Shown here: piece by piece, positions 14,956-21,947 of the stretch
Layout of the letters: each line of letters begins with the position of its first letter
How positions within the stretch are numbered: the stretch's first letter is position 1
Assembly (NCBI GenBank): GCA_046757165.1
Contig: JBHHXT010000067.1
Span: forward strand, 1 to 21,947
Length of the DNA: 21,947 bases
Origin: a bacterium
GTDB taxonomy: Bacteria; Zhuqueibacterota; Zhuqueibacteria; Oceanimicrobiales; Oceanimicrobiaceae
Reading direction: 5' to 3'
Made by a program: the position numbers and the translations under genes
The notes under the pieces: model-generated
What the model saw: the letters and a program-made list of their open reading frames with translations, nothing else
The model's database searches: none
What the model was told of the DNA's origin: nothing

Positions 14956-16479
14956 TTATACAGTTTCTGAGAGAGAAACGTGGCTTTTTCGTTCTTCAGA
15001 TCGGTAACCACAAAGTTCTTCCACCGGGTCCGAGCCCTCGGATGTGTTCTTCGCTTCGGCACCTCTTGCGTGCTGTAGGCGCGAAACATCTCCCTTGGAC
15101 GAGGCGCATTTTAGATCCCGTTGCAGCAAATAGATCACCGTTTCAATCAACTCAGAGGCTTGTGGACTCTTGACCACGACCGCGTTGGCGCCCGCGTTCA
15201 AGGCGCGTTGCCTGGTTTCTGCTTCCTCGTCGCTGGTGAACAGGATCAGTTTTACATCATCGCAGGTTCTCTCAGCGCGCACTTTCTCGCAAATCTCGAT
15301 TCCTGACAGAATCGGAAGCATAAAGTCGATAACCGCAGCATCCGGTTTCTCTTCCAGGATCAGCTTCAGCGCTTCGCTGCCGTTTTTGGCGGTCAAGGGC
15401 ACGAACCCGGCACGGTGTAACAGTCGTGTATAGAGTTTTAGGATGACCGGATTGTCATCGACAATGACCACGGTCTGGGGTTTTGGCTTCTGCGTGGCTT
15501 GCTCGGTTGCGTTATCCACCCGCTCTTCGATCACGAGCAATTTGTCCTGAGCTTCGATTTTCCAACTGTAGTTGGGATCGAGATAATCTCGGTCCCCCCG
15601 GCGCAGACCAAAGACTTTGCGTTTCATTTCTTTTGAGATATTGCCGATGGTTTGCCCGATCATGCGCGAACCTTCCAGAACGTCTATCCACTGCGGCACG
15701 ACCTTCATGATATGAATCGATTCCTGCGCGGTGGCGAGGTTCCCCGCCACGGCAAGCATGTTCGCGGCAATCTGGTGTCCCGCGCTGGTATAAGGTGAAA
15801 TAACGCTGTCGGCGCCGCCTTGCAGCAGCCGTTTCTCAGAGGCCGCATTATCCGCTCTCGCAATGATGTGTAATGTGGGGTTCAACTCACGCGCGGTTAA
15901 TGTGATGAAGAGATTATCCGGCACTGACGGCAAAATGGCCAGCAATCCGTTGGCGTTTTTTATGCCGGCGGACATCAGCACGGCATCGTTGATGGCGTCG
16001 CCCTCAACGTACAGGTAGTTGTTGTCTTTTAGTTGTTGACAACTGTCCACATTTGCTTCAATAAAGACGAACCTGGCGCCACAGGCTTGCAGCTTCTCGG
16101 CCACGGCCTCGCCAACTCTTCCGAAGCCACAAATGACATAATGAGAACTTAGCAGGGAAATTTCTTTCAACATTTTTTTCCTCTCCGAGTTTGAACTCAT
16201 CAATCTACTGAAAAAATTTTCCGCGAAGGTCCGACCGACAAACGCCAAACTGGCAAAGCCGAACAAAATCAAGATTGAAGTAAACATTCGTCCACTTGTT
16301 GATAACGGCTGGATTTCTCCAAATCCAACGGTCGTGATGGTTATGAGGGTCATGTAAAAACCATCAACCAGAGAGTACCCTTCAAGCTGCGAATATCCCA
16401 GGGTGCCTCCCAGAATCACGACCAACATGAGCAACAAGGAGGTCACAATCTGTCGATTACGGGGTCCGACCATTTTCAC
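14956..16479 (-). CDS. 2TM potassium channel with TrkA-N/TrkA-C (RCK) domains fused to a C-terminal response-regulator receiver domain
   Basis: TM1, pore TITTVGFGE filter, TM2; HYVICGFGRVG Rossmann, IIARA, GADSVISP; then VVIVDDN...VIDFMLP...GIE...LFTS...GA...VVK receiver. Start GTG 16479 or ATG 16473. Confidence 0.88.
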   Translation of the reverse strand: MKMVGPRNRQIVTSLLLMLVVILGGTLGYSQLEGYSLVDGFYMTLITITTVGFGEIQPLSTSGRMFTSILILFGFASLAFVGRTFAENFFSRLMSSNSERKKMLKEISLLSSHYVICGFGRVGEAVAEKLQACGARFVFIEANVDSCQQLKDNNYLYVEGDAINDAVLMSAGIKNANGLLAILPSVPDNLFITLTARELNPTLHIIARADNAASEKRLLQGGADSVISPYTSAGHQIAANMLAVAGNLATAQESIHIMKVVPQWIDVLEGSRMIGQTIGNISKEMKRKVFGLRRGDRDYLDPNYSWKIEAQDKLLVIEERVDNATEQATQKPKPQTVVIVDDNPVILKLYTRLLHRAGFVPLTAKNGSEALKLILEEKPDAAVIDFMLPILSGIEICEKVRAERTCDDVKLILFTSDEEAETRQRALNAGANAVVVKSPQASELIETVIYLLQRDLKCASSKGDVSRLQHARGAEAKNTSEGSDPVEELCGYRSEERKSHVSLSETV

Positions 16480-16677
16480 TGACTGCCTTTGAATTCCAGG
16501 TTACATCCAAAATAAGCTGCGACATGTGCTCGGTCTATTTTTGATGTCGAACAATTGATGAAATTCTTGACCGAAATAAGCAGTTGTTTTTTAAAACGGT
16601 GGGTTGAACAGGTCGAGATGCACTGGCGCGCAAATACCCGATGCAAGTGTACGGCAAAATGCTGGAAATTGATCTGC

Positions 16678-17703
16678 CTAGGGCTTCAAGATGATTTTGC
16701 CAAACTGCTCGCGGCTCATCAACTTCTTATGCGCCCGGGCGGCGTCCTTCAGAGGAAAAGAGGTGTCCAGAACAGGCTTGAGCTTGTCCGGAAAGAATTT
16801 TAGCGCCTCCAGCAGGCCAGCCTTTCTCCCCATGAAATTGCCAAAAATCTTGAGCTCCTTGAAGAAAACATAGCGCAAATCCGTGACCGCCTCATGGCCG
16901 GTCGTCGCGCCACAGGTCACCAGCCGTCCGCCCGGCTTGAGGGCTTTGATACTTTTCTGCCATGTGGCCTTGCCGACGTGCTCGAAGACGATATCCACGC
17001 CCTGCTTATTCGTAATGCGCTTTATTTCGTCCAGGAAATCCTTGTCTTCGTAATTAATGAGCTCGTCCGCACCCAACTCTTTTGCTTTCTCGAGCTTTGT
17101 CTCCGAGCTGGCGGTGGCGATGACGTGCGCGCCAAAGAGTCTGGCGATCTGGATCGCTGCACTGCCCACTCCGCTGCCGGCCGCAAGAATCAGAATCTGC
17201 TCTCCCGGCTGAATCTTGATTTGATCGACCAGCATGTGCCACGCCGTCAGGAAAACCAGCGGGATAGCCGCAGCCTCTTCAAAACTGAGGCCCTCGGGAA
17301 TCGGAAAAGCGTTCTCGCCGGGCGCTTTGACATATTCGGCATAGGTGCCCTGGAGATTCTCTCCCAGAACTTTGTAATGGCGGCAGCGGTTGTCGTTGCC
17401 GGCCAGACAGTCCTGACACGCGCCGCACCCCCAACCCGGAGCAAGCAAGACCCTGTCCCCGGATTGTACGTTATGAACCCCCCGGCCCACATCCGCCACC
17501 ACGCCGGCAACGTCCGACCCCAGAATGTGCGGCATGGTGAGCTTGACGGCAGGCAACCCTTGCCGGACCCAGAGATCAAGATGGTTGAGCGCCACGGCTT
17601 TGACCTGCAACAGCACTTCACCGGCAACGATTTGGGGCGCCGGAAACTCTCCGTAGCGCAGTTTGTCGACTCCCCCGTGTTCGTCTATCAGTATGGCTTT
17701 CAT
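16678..17703 (-). CDS. Medium-chain dehydrogenase/reductase (quinone oxidoreductase-like, structural Zn)
   Basis: Start at ATG 17703 (MKAILIDEHGG; GGGAG upstream); NHLDLWVRQG, PHILGSD, CGACQDC...C Zn loop, AAGSGVG, GGRLVTCGAT, FGKIIL. The ORF track's extension to 17844 overlaps the OsmC gene. Confidence 0.9.
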   Translation of the reverse strand: MKAILIDEHGGVDKLRYGEFPAPQIVAGEVLLQVKAVALNHLDLWVRQGLPAVKLTMPHILGSDVAGVVADVGRGVHNVQSGDRVLLAPGWGCGACQDCLAGNDNRCRHYKVLGENLQGTYAEYVKAPGENAFPIPEGLSFEEAAAIPLVFLTAWHMLVDQIKIQPGEQILILAAGSGVGSAAIQIARLFGAHVIATASSETKLEKAKELGADELINYEDKDFLDEIKRITNKQGVDIVFEHVGKATWQKSIKALKPGGRLVTCGATTGHEAVTDLRYVFFKELKIFGNFMGRKAGLLEALKFFPDKLKPVLDTSFPLKDAARAHKKLMSREQFGKIILKP

Positions 17704-17716
17704 CCGAACTCTCCCG

Positions 17717-18247
17717 TCATTTGGCGATTTCCAGCTTTGCAGACAGCTTGACCTGGTTTCGCAGCGTAAACACCACCGGGCAGCGTTCCAGGGCCAGTTT
17801 CTCCGCCTCCAGTATTTTCTCCCTGGGGGCGTCACTTTCCACATGCAGGGTCACCCGCACTTCTTGCATCACCGGGTCATCGCCCAGCCCAAAGACCCGC
17901 GAAAAATTCACATCCGCTTCAACGCGGGTGGTGAGCTTCTTCAGCCTGATGTCCAGCATTGCCGCCATGGTAGCGAATGTACCTGTGTAACAGGATGCCA
18001 GACCAAAAAAGCAGAAATGCATCGGTCCGGGCAGATTGCCGCCACCGCCCATAAAGGTGGGATTGTCTACCTCAAAGACAGCCTCCCCACCTTCAAACTT
18101 TATGGTGGACCGAAATTGAACGTTGTCTTCATCCAGAACCCATTCCCCTTCTATGACTTGTGTTTTTCTTGACAGGGAAGGATCGTTTTGCATCTCTGCT
18201 GCAAATGCCTGTACTTTTTCAAGATCTAAATTGTTGACACCGGACAT
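17717..18247 (-). CDS. OsmC/Ohr family protein
   Basis: D.P..MGGGG..PGP....GLASC and ERCPVVFTLRN (two conserved Cys); AAGGAG upstream. Confidence 0.88.
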   Translation of the reverse strand: MSGVNNLDLEKVQAFAAEMQNDPSLSRKTQVIEGEWVLDEDNVQFRSTIKFEGGEAVFEVDNPTFMGGGGNLPGPMHFCFFGLASCYTGTFATMAAMLDIRLKKLTTRVEADVNFSRVFGLGDDPVMQEVRVTLHVESDAPREKILEAEKLALERCPVVFTLRNQVKLSAKLEIAK

Positions 18248-18316
18248 AATACTCTCCTTAGTGATTTAATTCAGATATCATGTTGAAGAATGATTTTTTC
18301 TTTTTTTTTGTTTTGT

Positions 18317-19609
18317 TCAAAACCCATACCGAAGGACAAGGTAAACATTGTCATTTTTCTTGAATTGACCAAAAAAAGTATGGTCTTTCTTGCCGGCGAG
18401 GAGAATACCTCCCACGGCCGCCCACAAGCCATTTCCCAATTCATATCGGATTTCAGGATTCATGTAAGTGTCTTGCTCGTTTGGACTGTAAAACGCAAAA
18501 AACGAAAGCCGCAGGGTCTGATACTTCATAAGCTGTGTTACCCGCAGACTCAAGGTGTGGCGCAGCTCTTTTCGCTGCGGAAACGCGGCGGGCAGAGTCC
18601 GGTCATAGCTGCCATAGTCCTGAATTCGTTGCCCATAGTACTGAAAGCCGAGAGTTAGATTCTCCCCCAGGGCACGCTGATAACCTGCCAAGAAACGGAC
18701 TTGCGAGTTTTCGATTCCCGGGTTGGTTCCGTTTGAGTCATCCCGGGAGTCATAGTAGCCCGCCTCCAGACTCAACACCCCATTTAGAAGCGCCCCCTGC
18801 ACACTGCCGCCGTAGACGTTGAGACGGGGATGCGTGAAGGTTAGCGAACCTTCACGCTGGTCTACAATCATCCCCGGCGGGCTGCCCCAAAAGCCGCGAA
18901 AAAAATAGAAGGAGGCATCGAAATTTCCCAGGTAGCGATAGAGACGTGCAGCGATTTGAGTGTTCTCAAAAGTCGCTTGCGGCAGCACATCCCTGCGGTT
19001 AGATATCTCCGGCAACGGGTCAAAGACCACCAGCCGCTGGCCACGCGGTAGCACATCTGCCTGGTAAGACGGAATGACTATGAGCTGAAGCGAGGCAAAA
19101 GCCGGAAAGAAATTTATGTTGAGCGCGTCGGAGCCGAATTTCAGATATTGCAGAGGCTGCCCGGAAAGGAAGGCCACCCAATCCTTCGGAAACACATCGT
19201 TGATAAAAACCAGATCTCCTACTCCCCAGGTGATGATCTGCCGGCCGGCGCGAATATCAACTTTGCCGAGAGTCAGGTCGACGTATGCTTCGCGAACATC
19301 GAAATCCGTACGCTTATCTATGCCATCATAGAAGAAATCAATCTTTCCCAAAAGCCGGGCGTTCTCCCCAAAGCGGGTGAACTCTAATTGCAGCCTTTCA
19401 TCGCCAAGCAAATAGTCGGGAAGCCGTTCGCCGTTTGGCGCGCGAGTCTCTCCCGTCGATGCAATCCGTAAAGAGAAGTTGGTTTGCACAAAGCCGTGAA
19501 GTTCGAGCGGTTGTGCTTTTAGCGGGCTTATCCAAACGAACAACAGAGAGATCACCAACCCAAACAGAGAAAACATCGAATGATACTGAACCTCCCGAAA
19601 AAACGTCAT
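18317..19609 (-). CDS. Outer-membrane beta-barrel protein (DUF1302-like)
   Basis: Signal-like N-terminus ending LKA-Q, VREAYVD, RAGRQIITWG.GD, alternating strands, C-terminal YLVLRYGF; start placed at ATG 19609 (uncertain). Confidence 0.72.
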   Translation of the reverse strand: MTFFREVQYHSMFSLFGLVISLLFVWISPLKAQPLELHGFVQTNFSLRIASTGETRAPNGERLPDYLLGDERLQLEFTRFGENARLLGKIDFFYDGIDKRTDFDVREAYVDLTLGKVDIRAGRQIITWGVGDLVFINDVFPKDWVAFLSGQPLQYLKFGSDALNINFFPAFASLQLIVIPSYQADVLPRGQRLVVFDPLPEISNRRDVLPQATFENTQIAARLYRYLGNFDASFYFFRGFWGSPPGMIVDQREGSLTFTHPRLNVYGGSVQGALLNGVLSLEAGYYDSRDDSNGTNPGIENSQVRFLAGYQRALGENLTLGFQYYGQRIQDYGSYDRTLPAAFPQRKELRHTLSLRVTQLMKYQTLRLSFFAFYSPNEQDTYMNPEIRYELGNGLWAAVGGILLAGKKDHTFFGQFKKNDNVYLVLRYGF

Positions 19610-19622
19610 AGAATACCCTTCT

Positions 19623-21947
19623 TTATTCCTTCCGTTTTGGTCCAACGAAGCCCACTATTGCCGGAAGAACGACAAGGTCAAACACCAATGCCAATAAGAT
19701 CACGATACCTGCCAAGATACCAAAATGAATTACAGGGTTGAAGCTGGCAAAAACCAAGAGCAGAAATCCCAGGGTCAGTGCAATACTCGTATAAATAATC
19801 GCTCTGCCTGTGCTGTTCATCGCGTTGGCGATAGCCTTCCCAATATCACGCGTTCGTTTGGTTTCGAATTTCAATCTGGACAAGAAATGAATGGTATCAT
19901 CGACAACCAGTCCTAACGCGACTCCGGCAATCATCACGGTCCCGACGTCGAGTGAAATTCCCAAAAAGGGCATCAACGCCAGAGTGAACAGTATGGGCAG
20001 GAAATTTGGAATCATAGCCAGCATACCAAGCTTAAAAGAACGCAGCATAAGCAGAATTGCCATAGAAATCACCACAAAGGCCAGAAGAAAGCTTTTGATC
20101 TGACTGGATAGAAGATAACGTTCCATCTGATTCATCAAATAAACCACCCCTGTAGGCGTAATGGCTGCGGTCTTTTTGAAAATCTCCTGCATGTTTTTCT
20201 TGATTTCAGGCATCTGATGAGCAAGTCTTTGGGTCTCATTCATCTCTACTCTTGCGATGATCCTCCCTTTGGAGTAATCGTCAGACAAAAGCTCCTCGAA
20301 ATCCTTACTTCCTGCAACAATGAAGAGTTGCTGAGCCACCTCCATAGATGAGGAGGGAATAACAAACTTTCGCTCGTCTCCGCCATTGAATGCCCGGTTC
20401 AAGGATTTCACCATGTCGACCGCAGAATAGACACCGGTAATCCCATCAATTCCTTTTAGGTAGTTGTGAAACTGGTCCATCTTTTGGAGTAATGAGGGGT
20501 CTTTTAGGGCATCCTTCATCTTAGCATCAATAAAGAACTCGAGCGAAGCGGTACCGCCAACACTGGCATCAATCCACTCTGTTTCAAGACGGACGCCGTC
20601 ATCCCTCCTGAAGTAGTCAAGGGTGTTTGTTCCGATAGTCAGGTGATCTAATGACAAAACCGCTGGAATAGCGACCAAAGCAGCTGTTGACAGCACAGTC
20701 ACAGCCCTTCCCTTTCTCCATTGTCCCAACCATCGCAGCAATTTGGCAAAAAACCCGCTTTGGATTTGCCCGCGATATTTCTCTTTGGGGTACGGAACGA
20801 TGGAAAGCAATATTGGCAGCAGAAACATCGTGATAATAAAGGCAAATAACACACCGCCAGCCGCCACCAACCCGAACTGACGGATGGGGACGAGATCTGC
20901 GCTCAGTAACGACAGTAAACCCAAAGAGGTGGTCAAGCTGGTCATGAGACAGGGCGTTATCAAATTGCCAAAAGAACGCTCGATACATTCGACTTTTGTC
21001 AGTTCGCCCATTGTGGTTTCTTGAAGATAGTCAGCGATGAAATGCATCGAATCAGCAATCGCCACCGCCATAAGTAAGGGCGTGATAATGGTAGAAATGA
21101 TGTTGATTTTGTATCCTAAAAGAACCAGAAATCCGTAAGTCCAAATCAGAGATAGAAGAACCACCAAGATTGGTAGCACTAATAGCTCTACACGTCGAAA
21201 CATGGAGAAGACAATTGCAATGATGATCAGCACCATCAGTGGCATAAAATGCGACTGATCCCTTTGGTTGTATCGAAACAGCGCATCATCCAAAACAGCG
21301 GTTCCGCCCATATGGAAACGCTTGCCCGTTTGGGTCTCTTCTTCCTGCAGAAGTGCCCTTATTTGATTGAGCAGATCAACCTTATAATCAAACTCACCAA
21401 TGATGTGATCGATTTCAACGACAATTGCGGTGTTTCTGGCGTCAGGTGAGATCAAAGTTCCCGGAATAAAAGGATCGGCAAGCGCCCTTTGCTTGATAGA
21501 AATCAGTTCTGCAGAAGAGAACGACATCTCATTCACCAGGGGATCGAAGGAGACAATATCGCCTTCTCCATAAACGATCTTTGCCGTCGTAAGACTCAGC
21601 ACACGTCTGACATGCGGCAGGTTTTCCAGTTTCCGGCTGACTGTGTCGATCACGCGCAAGTTCTCAATCGTAAAGACATCTTCATCTCCGAAGGCGATAG
21701 CAATAATTTCATCCGTTCCGAATTGGTCCAGAAATCGTCTGTAGTCTCTGAGATCATCCTCCAGAAAATAGGTTTCGATGGTGTTATCAAACTCGACTTG
21801 GGCCGCAAACCAACCAAAGAACAGGGTAAACCCCAACAATAGGGTCGAGACAAAGATTCTATGGTTTATGATGAAGAGAAAGAGCTTGTTGATCATGATA
21901 TCGTTGGAGATCAAATGATTGAACTTCATTGAAATTATCGAATCCAC
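19623..21947 (-). CDS. MMPL/RND family transporter
   Basis: Two repeats of TM + periplasmic loop + 5 TM; AVAIADSMH and GLVVDDTIHF motifs. The frame is open to the window edge; plausible starts at ATG 21929 or 21896. Confidence 0.9.
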   Translation of the reverse strand: MDSIISMKFNHLISNDIMINKLFLFIINHRIFVSTLLLGFTLFFGWFAAQVEFDNTIETYFLEDDLRDYRRFLDQFGTDEIIAIAFGDEDVFTIENLRVIDTVSRKLENLPHVRRVLSLTTAKIVYGEGDIVSFDPLVNEMSFSSAELISIKQRALADPFIPGTLISPDARNTAIVVEIDHIIGEFDYKVDLLNQIRALLQEEETQTGKRFHMGGTAVLDDALFRYNQRDQSHFMPLMVLIIIAIVFSMFRRVELLVLPILVVLLSLIWTYGFLVLLGYKINIISTIITPLLMAVAIADSMHFIADYLQETTMGELTKVECIERSFGNLITPCLMTSLTTSLGLLSLLSADLVPIRQFGLVAAGGVLFAFIITMFLLPILLSIVPYPKEKYRGQIQSGFFAKLLRWLGQWRKGRAVTVLSTAALVAIPAVLSLDHLTIGTNTLDYFRRDDGVRLETEWIDASVGGTASLEFFIDAKMKDALKDPSLLQKMDQFHNYLKGIDGITGVYSAVDMVKSLNRAFNGGDERKFVIPSSSMEVAQQLFIVAGSKDFEELLSDDYSKGRIIARVEMNETQRLAHQMPEIKKNMQEIFKKTAAITPTGVVYLMNQMERYLLSSQIKSFLLAFVVISMAILLMLRSFKLGMLAMIPNFLPILFTLALMPFLGISLDVGTVMIAGVALGLVVDDTIHFLSRLKFETKRTRDIGKAIANAMNSTGRAIIYTSIALTLGFLLLVFASFNPVIHFGILAGIVILLALVFDLVVLPAIVGFVGPKRKE

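Noticed and set aside
17704..17844. N-terminal extension of the MDR ORF
   Set aside because: Overlaps the OsmC gene; the family-typical MKAI start with an RBS is at 17703.
18294..18316. T-rich tract as terminator or phase-variable site
   Set aside because: No adjacent stem, it is A-rich on the transcribed strand, and nothing in a single sequence shows length variation.
1..21947. CRISPR array, tRNA/rRNA, transposase or integrase
   Set aside because: No regularly spaced direct repeats, RNA gene signatures or recombinase motifs seen; the 28-bp repeat has only two copies 2.5 kb apart.

Overview
Bacterial genomic window, almost fully coding, with nearly all genes on the minus strand. (1) A long minus-strand operon (13171 to <1) follows a good sigma70-like promoter. 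Gene order: LeuC/HacA-type aconitase large subunit, YpdA-type flavin thiol-disulfide reductase, lpdA, lipB, a SucC-like CoA ligase beta subunit fused to a C-terminal 8-Cys ferredoxin-like domain, a SucD-like alpha subunit, a citryl-CoA lyase-like protein, an HD-fold protein whose HD motif reads AD, a nucleotidyltransferase plus small partner, an isocitrate/homoisocitrate-type dehydrogenase with an NADP signature, PrpD/MmgE dehydratase, nuoA, nuoB, and a truncated clan AA aspartyl protease gene missed by the ORF track. Together these suggest a non-canonical tricarboxylate pathway (CoA ligase/lyase in place of citrate synthase, and a split aconitase). (2) A divergent orphan SPPY-type methyltransferase built from two tandem copies of the fold. 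(3) A 2TM K+ channel with RCK domains fused to an intact response-regulator receiver domain. (4) An MMPL/RND transporter, outer-membrane barrel, OsmC and MDR oxidoreductase cluster. Intergenic DNA holds a nested inverted-repeat MITE-like element and a 28-bp REP-like hairpin present twice. No rRNA, tRNA, CRISPR array or transposase was seen. All product calls come from motif recognition by eye, not database searches.
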